A DNA stretch of 64,000 bases from a virus: positions 64,001 through 128,000 of IMG/VR virus record IMGVR_UViG_3300030104_002421; one strand, 5' to 3'. The notes beneath the pieces were generated by a model, which had not been told where the DNA came from, ran no database searches, and saw only the letters and a list, made by a program, of their open reading frames with translations. Positions within the stretch are counted from its first letter, which is position 1; the number at the start of each line of letters is the position of its first letter. Positions 1 through 9,961 of the stretch are shown one piece after another. A program made the position numbers and the translations under genes.

Positions 1-27
1 AAGGATCCGCTCCAATAAAATAAAGAT

Positions 28-231
28 ATGACTATAACAGTAATAGTAAAAAATAACAATGTAGAGAAAGCGATTAGAACGCTTAAGAAAAAAGTTTTAA
101 AAGAAGGTCTCTTAAAAGAAATTAAACAAAGGCAGTATTACGAAAAACCTAGTTTAAAGAGACAAAGAAAACATAAAGAGAACCTAAAGCGTGTTGCTAA
201 ATTAAAGAAGCAGCGTGAAAGGGAATCTTAA
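28..231 (+). CDS. rpsU: Ribosomal protein bS21 (phage-encoded)
   Basis: 67 aa, highly basic; V.V.NNNVEKAIRTLKKK and YYEKPSLKRQRK match the S21 family signature. Confidence 0.92.
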   Translation: MTITVIVKNNNVEKAIRTLKKKVLKEGLLKEIKQRQYYEKPSLKRQRKHKENLKRVAKLKKQRERES

Positions 232-294
232 TACGAATTTCTGTTGTAACGGCGGAAAAACAACCATAACACTAAACTAAAGGAGTATAATATT

Positions 295-549
295 ATGGGA
301 AGAGCGAAAATAGCAAATAGCACTAGATTTCTTAACGCTATGTTAAGAGGTGCAAGTGTATCATGGACGGATGCACAAAACAAATATAACTTAAAATCAC
401 CAAGAAGTGTGGTGAATAAGTTAAGAGAAGATGGACATTGTGTTTATATCAATAAATCTTCTACTGGTACCAGTTACAGAATTGGTACACCTTCAAAAGC
501 GATAGTGGCCGCAGGTCTTATGGCATTAGAAGGACAGGCAGTTGCCTAG
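295..549 (+). CDS. Small winged-HTH-like conserved phage protein
   Basis: RBS AAGGAG upstream; helix-turn-helix-like LKSPRSVVNKLREDGHCVY followed by a beta-hairpin (YRIGTPS). Confidence 0.55.
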   Translation: MGRAKIANSTRFLNAMLRGASVSWTDAQNKYNLKSPRSVVNKLREDGHCVYINKSSTGTSYRIGTPSKAIVAAGLMALEGQAVA

Positions 550-557
550 TATAAATA
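550..557 (+). promoter_or_regulatory. T4-type late promoter TATAAATA
   Basis: Exact gp55 consensus immediately after a stop codon, upstream of three hairpins. Confidence 0.7.
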
Positions 558-562
558 GTCAT

Positions 563-657
563 GCAGGCAATTCATAAGTCCTGCTTGAGTGTTGCCTCTC
601 GTAAAGTCAACACATTTTGCCTTTTTACGGTTTGGGCTTGTAAAAAATTAAACCGTA
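563..657 (+). ncRNA. Candidate three-hairpin small RNA
   Basis: Stems GCAGG/CCTGC, GTGTTG/CAACAC and TACGGTTT/AAACCGTA; loops share YTYRTAA; lies between two late promoters with no ORF. Confidence 0.45.
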
Positions 658-661
658 CTTA

Positions 662-669
662 TATAAATA
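662..669 (+). promoter_or_regulatory. T4-type late promoter TATAAATA for hsp20
   Basis: Exact consensus about 60 nt upstream of the ATG at 730. Confidence 0.7.
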
Positions 670-674
670 CTTAT

Positions 675-729
675 GATACGCTCATTGTGAGGTATCGTTT
701 TTATTAACTCGCTTAAAAGGAGAAAACAA
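675..729 (+). promoter_or_regulatory. ROSE-like RNA thermometer in the hsp20 leader
   Basis: 5' hairpin GATAC-G-CTCA/TGAG-GTATC, then CTC-G-CT (UCGCU motif, bulged G) pairing with the SD AG-GAG. Confidence 0.55.
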
Positions 730-1155
730 ATGAATAAAACTCTATCTATATGGAACGACCTACGACCATTTTCTGTAGGTTTTGATAGTATTTTTGACCA
801 CTTTGATAATCATTTAGAATATACAAGAAGTCAAAATCAAACTTATCCACCTTACAACATTAATAGAATTGATGAACTCAATTATCAAATTGAGATTGCA
901 CTTGCTGGTTTCAGCAGGAAAGATATTGATGTTCAATATGCTGACAATCAATTAACTATTAAATCAGTTGAGAGTGATAAGGAAGAAAAAGATACTATCC
1001 ATAGAGGCATTTCTAAAAGACATTTTACAAGAAAATTTACAATTGCAGATGATGTACAAGTAAATGGTGCTAAAATGGAAGATGGTATGCTACTCATTGA
1101 TTTGGAAAAGATAGTACCAGAGGAAAAGAAACCTCGAACTATTAAAATTAAATAA
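730..1155 (+). CDS. hsp20: Small heat shock protein Hsp20 (IbpA-like)
   Basis: YPPYNI, IALAGF, HRGISKRHFTRKF, DGMLLIDL, C-terminal IxI motif. Confidence 0.95.
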   Translation: MNKTLSIWNDLRPFSVGFDSIFDHFDNHLEYTRSQNQTYPPYNINRIDELNYQIEIALAGFSRKDIDVQYADNQLTIKSVESDKEEKDTIHRGISKRHFTRKFTIADDVQVNGAKMEDGMLLIDLEKIVPEEKKPRTIKIK

Positions 1156-1168
1156 TGAATAAATGATA

Positions 1169-1189
1169 GGGTGGGCGCTATGCCCACCC
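1169..1189 (+). terminator. GC-rich hairpin after hsp20 (terminator or stabilising stem)
   Basis: GGGTGGGC-gctat-GCCCACCC; no U-tract follows. Confidence 0.45.
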
Positions 1190-1209
1190 ATTGAACTAAC
1201 AATTATATT

Positions 1210-1509
1210 ATGAATTACAAAAAACTAGACCAAAAAATAAAAGAACTCAATTCAACAAGAGTATTTAAAAAGATTACCCCCAAATACGATTTATCTTGGT
1301 ATGTAAAATGGGTATCAAGTGTATTGATACTTACAGCAGTTTGCTTTAGAGCAGCAGGTGGTTTTCATATGTTTGATTTGTATTTTAGTTTTGTAGGAAC
1401 ATTAGGTTGGTTATGGGTAGGAATACTATGGCATGACAGAGCACTAATAATGTTAAATGGTGCATTAGCAACCTTGTTATTTACAGGCATACTGAAAGCA
1501 TACTTATGA
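1210..1509 (+). CDS. Small multi-pass membrane protein
   Basis: Three hydrophobic segments; W..VGILWHDRALIMLN motif. Confidence 0.6.
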   Translation: MNYKKLDQKIKELNSTRVFKKITPKYDLSWYVKWVSSVLILTAVCFRAAGGFHMFDLYFSFVGTLGWLWVGILWHDRALIMLNGALATLLFTGILKAYL

Positions 1510-2069
1510 GCAACATAAGTCCTTTATTTACAACACCAATCTTACATAAACCATTAAACTTAAATCTAGCAGCGATTAAACACCATTGCCAAGGTTTACG
1601 AATACATGGTAAAGGTAGAGAAGTTTCTAACATAGGTGGTTGGCAAAGTGAAGATTTAGTTGGCGAACATCCAGAATTAAATGACCTGTTTTTAGAAATA
1701 GAATTAGCAGGTAATGAATTTACAAATTATATTAATAATGATTGGTGTAAATTAGATAATGTCTGGGTTAACTTTAATAGTTATAGAGATTACAATAGAC
1801 CACATGTTCATTCAAAAGCATATGTGAGTGGTGTCTATTATGTACAAACACCAGAAAATTGTGGTAATCTATGTTTCGAACATCCATCACCATTGCACAA
1901 TACAGAATGGGACCATGTGCCAAATGTAATGGGTTATATACCACAAGCAAATAATCTATACTTATTTCCAAACTGGTTAAGTCATTATGTTTTACCAAAT
2001 CTAAACGAACAAGAGGAAAGAATTTCAATCTCATTTAATTTGAAGCTTGACAAATCACCAGAATTATGA
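1506..2069 (+). CDS. Putative 2OG-Fe(II) oxygenase (TIGR02466-like)
   Basis: LFTTPI, WVN, PHVH...SGVYY, LFPNWLSHYV, RISISFN. Confidence 0.85.
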   Translation: MSNISPLFTTPILHKPLNLNLAAIKHHCQGLRIHGKGREVSNIGGWQSEDLVGEHPELNDLFLEIELAGNEFTNYINNDWCKLDNVWVNFNSYRDYNRPHVHSKAYVSGVYYVQTPENCGNLCFEHPSPLHNTEWDHVPNVMGYIPQANNLYLFPNWLSHYVLPNLNEQEERISISFNLKLDKSPEL

Positions 2070-2075
2070 TAGGAT
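2047..2075 (+). promoter_or_regulatory. Sigma70-type early promoter (probably leaderless transcript)
   Basis: TTGACA-N17-TAGGAT with extended TG; ATG 6 nt downstream. Confidence 0.65.
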
Positions 2076-2081
2076 ACCATT

Positions 2082-2420
2082 ATGTATAAATTTAAAGAAA
2101 ATATAATATTAGATGATGTGAAAAGATATATTGATGAAACTTATTCATCACATTATGCACAATCACAAAAACAAGCTACTGAAATTATTATCGACCAAGG
2201 ACACGGTAATGGTTTTTGTATGGGTAATATTTTAAAGTATGCCCAAAGATATGGCAAGAAAGATGGCAAGAATAAGAAAGACCTTATGAAAGTTATACAC
2301 TATGCTATAATACAATTGTCCCAAGACCATTACAATAGTCAATTGTCTTTATTTGACACTTTGAATGAAGCACCATTACAATCTGTAATGAGTGAAAAAC
2401 TAAACAATCCAAATGATTAA
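2082..2420 (+). CDS. DUF3310/SaV-like protein
   Basis: HY...GFCMGNILKYAQRYGKKDG..KDLMKVIHY. Confidence 0.8.
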   Translation: MYKFKENIILDDVKRYIDETYSSHYAQSQKQATEIIIDQGHGNGFCMGNILKYAQRYGKKDGKNKKDLMKVIHYAIIQLSQDHYNSQLSLFDTLNEAPLQSVMSEKLNNPND

Positions 2421-2432
2421 GGAGAATATATA

Positions 2433-3101
2433 ATGAAATTAAGTGAAGCAACAAAAGAGATACTTAAAAATTTTTCAGACATTAATCCAAACTTGATGAT
2501 TAATCCTGGTAAACAATTAAAGACTATCTCTACAATGAAGAATATTCTTGCTACTGCTAATGTAGAAGAAGAATTTCCACAAGATATTGCCATCTATGAC
2601 CTATCTGAATTTTTAGGCGTGATGTCTCTATTTAATAAACCTACTTTTACTTTTGATGATAAGTCATTATCAATTAGTGAAGAAGGTACTAAAACAAAGT
2701 CAAAGTATTACTTTGCTGATGCCTCTATTTTAACAACACCTCAAAAAGATGTTAAAATGCCAGAAGCGGAAGTTAATTTTACTTTAACTGAAACTGACTT
2801 AACAAAAGTTAAGAAAGCGGCTGCAATGTTACAATTACCAGATATCGCTGTAACAAGTGATGGTGGTGATATTACATTATCAGCAATAGATAAAAAGAAT
2901 GATACTGCCAATAACTTTAATTTAAAAGTAGGTACAAGTGATAAGACATTTGTATTTCATTTTAAAACAGAGCATTTGAAAATGTTACCTGGTGATTATG
3001 ATGTGGCAATCTCATCTAAATTAATTAGTAATTTCAAACACAAATCTAAATCAATTCAATATTGGGTTGCATTAGAGAATACAAGTAAATATACTGGCTA
3101 A
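2433..3101 (+). CDS. gp45: Sliding clamp gp45
   Basis: MKLS..T..ILKNFSDIN, IYDLSEFL, YWVALE; precedes gp44/gp62. Confidence 0.95.
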   Translation: MKLSEATKEILKNFSDINPNLMINPGKQLKTISTMKNILATANVEEEFPQDIAIYDLSEFLGVMSLFNKPTFTFDDKSLSISEEGTKTKSKYYFADASILTTPQKDVKMPEAEVNFTLTETDLTKVKKAAAMLQLPDIAVTSDGGDITLSAIDKKNDTANNFNLKVGTSDKTFVFHFKTEHLKMLPGDYDVAISSKLISNFKHKSKSIQYWVALENTSKYTG

Positions 3102-3119
3102 TTTAATGAGGATTTTATT

Positions 3120-4064
3120 ATGGAAAACTTTTTATGGACGGAACAATATCGTCCAAGTACAATAGATGAATGTATCTTACCTGTTGAGATTAAGAGTACA
3201 TTTAAACAATTACTATCTAAAGGCGAAATACCTAATTTACTACTTAGCGGTACTGCTGGCACAGGCAAGACTACTGTAGCAAAAGCATTATGTAATGAAC
3301 TTGATTTAGATGTAATGATGATTAATGGTTCTGACGAAGGTCGTTCCATTGATGTTGTTAGAAATCAAATCAAAGCATTTGCTTCTACGGTTAGTTTGTC
3401 TGAAACAGATAAACCTAAAGTTGTAATTGTAGATGAAGCAGATTATATGAATGCTGAGAGTGTTCAGCCTGCTTTAAGAAACTTTATAGAAACATTTAGT
3501 AATAACTGTAGATTTATTTTTACATGTAATTACAAAAACAAAATCATTCCTGCCATCCATTCCAGATGTACTGTAATTAATTTTACAATACAGAAAAAGG
3601 ATAAATCAAATCTTGCAGGACAATTTCATCAACGATTATCTAAAATACTAGAGCAAGAAGCAATTGAGTTTGACGCTAAAGTATTGGCAGAATTAATTAT
3701 AAAATTCTATCCAGACTTTAGACGAACTATCAATGAACTACAACGCTATAGTGTAAGTGGTAAGATTGATACTGGTATACTTGTATCTATTTCAGATATG
3801 AATATACAAGGTCTTAATCAGGCACTAAAGAAAAGAAACTTTCCAGAAATGAGAAAGTGGATAGTTGATAACATAGATAAAGACCCAGCAGGTCTCTACA
3901 AAGAACTGTATGAGAACTTTTACAAAGTATTAGAACCTAATACTATTCCTGCCATGGTTATTCTACTTGCAGATTACCAATACAAGAATGCCTTTGTAGC
4001 GGATCCTGAATTGAATATGGTTGCTTGCCTTACAGAAATTATGGGTGAGTGTAAATTCAAGTGA
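3120..4064 (+). CDS. gp44: Clamp loader large subunit gp44
   Basis: LWTEQYRP, Walker A GTAGTGKT, DEAD, SRC motif. Confidence 0.96.
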   Translation: MENFLWTEQYRPSTIDECILPVEIKSTFKQLLSKGEIPNLLLSGTAGTGKTTVAKALCNELDLDVMMINGSDEGRSIDVVRNQIKAFASTVSLSETDKPKVVIVDEADYMNAESVQPALRNFIETFSNNCRFIFTCNYKNKIIPAIHSRCTVINFTIQKKDKSNLAGQFHQRLSKILEQEAIEFDAKVLAELIIKFYPDFRRTINELQRYSVSGKIDTGILVSISDMNIQGLNQALKKRNFPEMRKWIVDNIDKDPAGLYKELYENFYKVLEPNTIPAMVILLADYQYKNAFVADPELNMVACLTEIMGECKFK

Positions 4065-4453
4065 GTGATTATGGTTTAACAAAGTATCTAACGGCGATAA
4101 ACTGGTCAAAGGAGAAGTTACTAGATACAGATGACAAAGATTGGGAAAAGAAATATCCACCTTATATAATCAATAAAGGTCTCTCATATTTTCCAGACAC
4201 CGTAATGTATGCCAACGAAATGAATAGGTTACATCATGCAACAAAGCATATGCAGTTTTCATTTTTACTAAATACTATTAGACCTAAAAAAAGGTTTAGT
4301 AAGTGGTTAAAGGCGTCAAAGTTAAGCAACCTAGATGTGGTTAAACAATATTACGGATATAGCAACGAAAAGGCTAAACAGGCACTTGAATTGCTTACGA
4401 AAAAACAGATTGAATATATAAAAGAAACATTATATAGGGGTGGGAAAAAATGA
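4061..4453 (+). CDS. gp62: Clamp loader small subunit gp62
   Basis: YPPYIIN..LS, KRFSKW, YYGYS.EKA; synteny. Confidence 0.92.
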   Translation: MSDYGLTKYLTAINWSKEKLLDTDDKDWEKKYPPYIINKGLSYFPDTVMYANEMNRLHHATKHMQFSFLLNTIRPKKRFSKWLKASKLSNLDVVKQYYGYSNEKAKQALELLTKKQIEYIKETLYRGGKK

Positions 4454-4884
4454 GTGATACTATAGAATGGAAGCCAGAGCAAATGCTCGAAGTCAAGTTA
4501 AAAGAACCTGACGATTTCCTAAAGATTAGAGAAACATTAACAAGAATTGGTGTAGCAAGTCGTAAAGAACGAAAAATATATCAATCTTGCCACATACTAC
4601 ATAAACAAGGTAGGTATTTTATTGTCCATTTCAAAGAACTATTTGCCCTCGATGGCAAACAAAGTAACATATCTGTTAATGATGTTGAGAGAAGAAACAC
4701 TATCTCACAATTACTAGCAGATTGGGGACTTATTGAGTTGATAAGTCCTGTTGACAACAAGGCACCATTATCACAAATCAAAGTTTTACCATTTAAGGAA
4801 AAGAACGATTGGATATTGGAACCTAAATATAATATTGGTAAGAAACCAAGTGAGGATAACAATGACACCAGACCCACAGAATAA
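4450..4884 (+). CDS. regA: Translational repressor RegA
   Basis: DDFLKIRETLTRIG, YQSCHILHKQGRYFIVHFKELFALDG. Confidence 0.96.
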   Translation: MSDTIEWKPEQMLEVKLKEPDDFLKIRETLTRIGVASRKERKIYQSCHILHKQGRYFIVHFKELFALDGKQSNISVNDVERRNTISQLLADWGLIELISPVDNKAPLSQIKVLPFKEKNDWILEPKYNIGKKPSEDNNDTRPTE

Positions 4885-5083
4885 ATTAATATTACTACAA
4901 GCGCTTAAGTCTAGCGCTCAAGGCAACATAGATAAACATAAAGCAAATGTAGATATCTATTTACGAAATGCCATTGGCATTGGCGAGCATTCTGATATTG
5001 TGGAAACAATAGAAAAAGAACTTGACCATATTGCTAAATACGAAGACCAATTAGATATAATAGCAAAATATTTCGAAAAATAA
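4862..5083 (+). CDS. Conserved hypothetical protein
   Basis: GIGEHSDI motif; ATG at 4862 with GAGG upstream. Confidence 0.6.
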   Translation: MTPDPQNKLILLQALKSSAQGNIDKHKANVDIYLRNAIGIGEHSDIVETIEKELDHIAKYEDQLDIIAKYFEK

Positions 5084-5085
5084 GC

Positions 5086-5114
5086 TTGACTTTTCAAGTC
5101 AATTGTGATATAAT
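5086..5114 (+). promoter_or_regulatory. Sigma70-type promoter for gp43
   Basis: TTGACT-N17-TATAAT with TG extension. Confidence 0.75.
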
Positions 5115-5126
5115 ATACTTTTATTA

Positions 5127-7598
5127 ATGCAAGAATTTTATACAAATGTATCGCCGTATGGTGATGAATTATTAGTCCGTGGTTTTTCAGGCGGCAAGCG
5201 TTTTGAGGATAGAGTAACATATGTCCCAAAACTATATCACCCATACAAAGGTAAAACTACCCACAAAGCATTAGATGGCACACCTCTGGTTGCTAGAACT
5301 TGTAAATCTGTTAAAGAAGCAAGAATGCTAATTAAGAGATACGAAGACCACCCTAACTTTTTATATGGCACAGATAGATGGCAATATCAATACATGGCAG
5401 ACTATTGGCCGGGTCAAGTTGAATATGATAAAGACAAGTTAAGAATTTATACAATTGATATTGAAGTTGAAAGTGAACAAGGATTTCCTAATCCTGATGA
5501 CGCTGAAGAAAAGATGATTTGTATAACTATTAAAGATAGTGTTACAAAAAAATTCTTGGTTTGGGGTATTGCTGATTATACAGTTAAACAAGATAATGTT
5601 TCTTATATCAAATGTGATAATGAAAGAGACTTACTTAAAAAGTTTTTAGATTTCTGGCGTCAATATACACCAGATGTTGTTACAGGTTGGAACAGTAAAT
5701 ACTTTGATGTACCTTATTTAATTAATCGTATTGAGAAAGTATTAGGTTCTGCTGCCATAAAAAGAATGTCGCCATGGGGTCTAGTAGATAGAGATACTGC
5801 TTATCACAATGGTAGACAAGTAACATTTTTCAGATTACTAGGTATTGCACAATTAGACTATTTGCAATTGTATGCCAAATTTACAATTAAGAACCAAGAA
5901 CGATATACACTTGACCATATTGCTTTTGTTGAGTTAGGTGAACAAAAAGATAAAAACCCATATGATACTTTCAAAGAATGGTATCAACAAGACATACAAT
6001 CTTTTATTGATTACAATATTATTGATGTTGAGTTAGTTGATAAACTAGAAGATAGATTACAATTGATTGAACTTGCATTAACTATGGCATACAATGCCAA
6101 AGCAAATTATGAAGATGTATTTTCGCAAGTTAGAATGTGGGATACAATTATCTTTAATGAATTGTTAAAAGACAATATTGTTGTACCAATGAGAAAGATT
6201 GGTAGTATTCAAGCAAAAGAACTTGTTGGTGCATATGTTAAAGAACCTAAAACAGGTTTCCATGAATGGGTTGTATCTTTTGATTTAAACAGTTTGTATC
6301 CACACCTTATTATGCAATACAATATTTCGCCAGAAACTATTTTAGAAGGTCAAAAAGATATTAAGATTTCTGACTTGATAAACAAGACGGTTGATACCTC
6401 TGATGGTAATTGTGTTGCTGCTAATGGCACAATGTATAGAAATGATAAACAAGGTATGTTGCCACGAATTATACAAAAAGAATATAATGCTCGTACAATA
6501 TTTAAAAAGAAAATGTTAGAAGCAGAGCAAATGTATGCTAACACAAAAGATAAGAAGTATGAAAAACTTGCAAGAAAATATTATATTGTTCAGCATTCTA
6601 AAAAGATTTCATTGAATAGTGCTTATGGTGCAATTGGTAACAAATACTTTAGATATTATGACCATAGACAGGCAGAAGCAATTACAATGTCAGGTCAATT
6701 AAATATTAAATGGATTGAGAAGAAACTAAACGAATACTTTAACAAGTTGTATAAAACTGATGATGATTATATTATTGCTAGTGATACAGATTCCGTGTAT
6801 ATTAATATGGCGCCATTAGTTAAGATGACAGGCGCTACAGATAAGAATAAGATTGTTAAAGCATTAGATAGTTTTTGTAGAGATAAAGTTGAACCATACA
6901 TTGCTAAAGTATATAAAGAACTTGCAGATTATATGAATGTCTATGAACAAAAAATGGAAATGGCAAGAGAAGTTATTGCTGATAGAGGTATCTGGACTGC
7001 CAAGAAAAGATATATTTTAAATGTACACAATTCTGAAGGTGTACAATATCCAGAACCTAAACTAAAGATTATGGGTATTGAAGCAGTTAAGACCTCAACG
7101 CCACTACCTTGTAGAGATAAACTCAAAGAGAGTTTTAAAATATTAATGAATGGTGATGAAAAAGAAATGAAAGAGTTTTGTGTAAACTTTAGACGAGAGT
7201 TTGAATTGTTACCACCTGAAGATATTGGTTTCCCTCGTAGTGTAAACAATGTAGAAAAATATAGTGATACAACATCTATCTACAAAAAAGGCACACCAAT
7301 GCATGTCAAAGGTGCATTACTATATAATCATCTATTGAAAACAAAAAAAGTATCACATAAACATCAAGCAATTTACGAAGGCGATAAAGGTAAGTTTGTG
7401 CATTTGAGAAAGAATCCTTGGAATGCCAATGTAATAACTTTCATTGGTAGTTTACCAAAAGAATTTGATATGCATAAACTTATTGATTATGAACAACAAT
7501 TTACTAAATCATTTATGGATCCACTACGATTTATACTCGAAGCAATAAACTGGAAAGTGGATGCAAGTGATAGTAATACAATTGAGGATTTCTTTTGA
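5127..7598 (+). CDS. gp43: Family B DNA polymerase gp43
   Basis: Exo DIEV, SFDLNSLYP, KISLNSAYG, SDTDS, C-terminal clamp-binding IEDFF; no intein. Confidence 0.98.
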   Translation: MQEFYTNVSPYGDELLVRGFSGGKRFEDRVTYVPKLYHPYKGKTTHKALDGTPLVARTCKSVKEARMLIKRYEDHPNFLYGTDRWQYQYMADYWPGQVEYDKDKLRIYTIDIEVESEQGFPNPDDAEEKMICITIKDSVTKKFLVWGIADYTVKQDNVSYIKCDNERDLLKKFLDFWRQYTPDVVTGWNSKYFDVPYLINRIEKVLGSAAIKRMSPWGLVDRDTAYHNGRQVTFFRLLGIAQLDYLQLYAKFTIKNQERYTLDHIAFVELGEQKDKNPYDTFKEWYQQDIQSFIDYNIIDVELVDKLEDRLQLIELALTMAYNAKANYEDVFSQVRMWDTIIFNELLKDNIVVPMRKIGSIQAKELVGAYVKEPKTGFHEWVVSFDLNSLYPHLIMQYNISPETILEGQKDIKISDLINKTVDTSDGNCVAANGTMYRNDKQGMLPRIIQKEYNARTIFKKKMLEAEQMYANTKDKKYEKLARKYYIVQHSKKISLNSAYGAIGNKYFRYYDHRQAEAITMSGQLNIKWIEKKLNEYFNKLYKTDDDYIIASDTDSVYINMAPLVKMTGATDKNKIVKALDSFCRDKVEPYIAKVYKELADYMNVYEQKMEMAREVIADRGIWTAKKRYILNVHNSEGVQYPEPKLKIMGIEAVKTSTPLPCRDKLKESFKILMNGDEKEMKEFCVNFRREFELLPPEDIGFPRSVNNVEKYSDTTSIYKKGTPMHVKGALLYNHLLKTKKVSHKHQAIYEGDKGKFVHLRKNPWNANVITFIGSLPKEFDMHKLIDYEQQFTKSFMDPLRFILEAINWKVDASDSNTIEDFF

Positions 7599-8725
7599 TA
7601 TTAAATGACCAAGATAGTACCTGGGCAATGAATTACTTTATTGAATACTTTGGGCAGTTTGAGAGAATTGACCAGTATCTTAAAGAACAAAAACTAGAAC
7701 AAGTCAAATCTTTTCCATTTCAGTTACCTGGTATGGCAGATGAAGATGATTTCTTTAGTAATTTTGATTTACACCCACATGATATGAAATTTAGTGTAAC
7801 AATACCAAACGGACAAATATTTGATAGAATGTTAAACAAAACATCTAGTCATACAAACATGTCAAGTATACCTGGTAAAAGTATTAGATTATTAGTTACA
7901 GAAACAACAACAAATACAATAGTTGGTTTTATAAGATTAGGTAGTCCAGTTATCAACAGCAAACCACGAAATGATTTTCTTGGTAGACCTTTACAAACAA
8001 CAGACTTAAAAGAAATGGGTCGTTTCAATGCAAGTGCCATCATGGGATTTGTTATAGTACCAACACAACCTTTTGGTTATAACTATCTAGGTGGTAAATT
8101 ATTAGCGGCGATATGTTGTTCTCATCATGTCCGTGATTTACTAAATAGCAAGTATAATACTAATATATGTTTATTTGAAACTACATCATTATATGGTAGT
8201 AGTAAGGCGTCAAGTCAATATGATGGTATGAAACCTTATTTAAGATTTAAAGGTTTGACAGATAGTAATTTTTTACCATTGTTACATGGTGACGCTTTTA
8301 AACAAATGAATAAATGGTTTACGGAACGAAATGGTAATGAACCATTAGTTGACCCAGAGGCAAGTAGTAGAAAACTTAAAACACAAACGAAGATGGTATC
8401 TGTTATAAAGGAATCATTAAAAAAACACAATACTAACTTATATGAAAAGTTTGGTAAGTTTGTTAATAAGACTAGAGACTTGACGGAAAGAAAAAGGTTT
8501 TATATATCTGATTACGGTTATGACAATGTACCACAGTATTTAAAAGGTGAAACTGATAAGTTAAATCCTAGTGTACACCACTATGATAAATTCACTTTAG
8601 AAAATACAATCAAGTGGTGGCAAAAGATTGCAGGTAAAAGATATGATAAACTAAAGCAAAGTGCCACATTGAGGAATGAATTAGAGATATGGCACCAGGA
8701 TGCTGAAATACAAATTATAAGATAA
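7595..8725 (+). CDS. DUF4338/DruA-like protein
   Basis: GFIRLGSPV, PFGYNYLGGKLLA, TTSLYG..SQY motifs recalled for this family. Confidence 0.5.
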   Translation: MILNDQDSTWAMNYFIEYFGQFERIDQYLKEQKLEQVKSFPFQLPGMADEDDFFSNFDLHPHDMKFSVTIPNGQIFDRMLNKTSSHTNMSSIPGKSIRLLVTETTTNTIVGFIRLGSPVINSKPRNDFLGRPLQTTDLKEMGRFNASAIMGFVIVPTQPFGYNYLGGKLLAAICCSHHVRDLLNSKYNTNICLFETTSLYGSSKASSQYDGMKPYLRFKGLTDSNFLPLLHGDAFKQMNKWFTERNGNEPLVDPEASSRKLKTQTKMVSVIKESLKKHNTNLYEKFGKFVNKTRDLTERKRFYISDYGYDNVPQYLKGETDKLNPSVHHYDKFTLENTIKWWQKIAGKRYDKLKQSATLRNELEIWHQDAEIQIIR

Positions 8726-8728
8726 AGC

Positions 8729-8756
8729 TTGACTTTTGAAAGGAGTATGATATAAT
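8729..8756 (+). promoter_or_regulatory. Possible sigma70-type promoter
   Basis: TTGACT-N16-TATAAT, overlapping the RBS and start of ORF 8755. Confidence 0.4.
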
Positions 8757-8967
8757 GGAAGAGTTGATTAAAAAATTAGATGAACAAAACTTAACAGTTG
8801 CTGATTATAGTACAATGGTAAAGATAATACAAGCGTCTTTACAAAGAGGAGCGATAAGAGCGGAAGAATGTACTACTGTTGGTCAATTGTATGACAAATT
8901 AATAATTATGATAGAAAAACAAAATAAGGAGAATGAGAATGCCAGACTTTCTGAAACAGATAATTAA
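8755..8967 (+). CDS. Hypothetical protein
   Basis: RBS AGGAG; QRGAIRAEE...VGQLYDKL motif typical of small phage proteins. Confidence 0.6.
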   Translation: MEELIKKLDEQNLTVADYSTMVKIIQASLQRGAIRAEECTTVGQLYDKLIIMIEKQNKENENARLSETDN

Positions 8968-9961
8968 AGATACAGGAAACGAATATGCCAGTTTAGTAAG
9001 TGAAGGTGTCGAAGCAGGTGATGTAGATACTTTTATTGATACTGGTTCTTATATGTTCAATGCTCTGTTATCTGGTAGTATTCATGGTGGTATTCCATCA
9101 AATAAAATTACTGCTGTTGCAGGTGAAAGTGCTACAGGTAAAACTTTCTTTGTATTAGGAATGTGTAAACATTTTTTAGATAACAACCCGGATGCAGGTG
9201 TTATTTTCTTTGAAAGTGAAAGTGCATTGACAAAAAAATTAATTGAAGATAGAGGTATTGATAGTAGTAGAATGGTAATTATGCCAGTAACTACAGTCCA
9301 AGAATTTAGACATCAAGCATTATCAGTTGCAGAAAAATATTTAGAACAAGATGAAGGTGATAGAAAACCTTTATTGTTTGTATTAGATAGTTTAGGTATG
9401 TTATCTACAACAAAAGAAGTAGAAGATACAGCAGAGGGTAAAGAAACTAGAGATATGACTAGAGCACAGGTACTCAAAGCGGCATTTAGAGTTTTAACTT
9501 TAAAATTAGGTAGAGCAAAAGTGCCAATGGTTATTACAAATCATACTTATGATGTAGTTGGTGCATATATGCCTATGAAAGAAATGGGTGGCGGGTCAGG
9601 ATTGAAATACGCTGCTAGTACAATTGTCTATCTATCAAAGAAAAAAGACAAAGAGGGTACGGAAGTTGTAGGTAATATTATACATTGTAAAACACAAAAG
9701 TCCAGATTATCAAAAGAGAATATGATGGTTGATGTAAGATTACGATATGATACAGGTTTAGACAAATACTATGGACTATTAGATTTATGTACAAAGTATG
9801 GTATATTTAAACAAGTATCAACAAGAATAGAGTTACCAGATGGCACAAAACAATATGCTAAATCAATATATAATGAACCAGAAAAATATTTCACAGACGA
9901 TATACTAAAACAAATAGACGAAGCGGCACAGAAAGAGTATAGTTATGGCAACGAAATATAG
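8939..9961 (+). CDS. uvsX: RecA-like recombinase UvsX
   Basis: Walker [29 protein letters not shown]. Confidence 0.95.
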   Translation: MPDFLKQIIKDTGNEYASLVSEGVEAGDVDTFIDTGSYMFNALLSGSIHGGIPSNKITAVAGESATGKTFFVLGMCKHFLDNNPDAGVIFFESESALTKKLIEDRGIDSSRMVIMPVTTVQEFRHQALSVAEKYLEQDEGDRKPLLFVLDSLGMLSTTKEVEDTAEGKETRDMTRAQVLKAAFRVLTLKLGRAKVPMVITNHTYDVVGAYMPMKEMGGGSGLKYAASTIVYLSKKKDKEGTEVVGNIIHCKTQKSRLSKENMMVDVRLRYDTGLDKYYGLLDLCTKYGIFKQVSTRIELPDGTKQYAKSIYNEPEKYFTDDILKQIDEAAQKEYSYGNEI

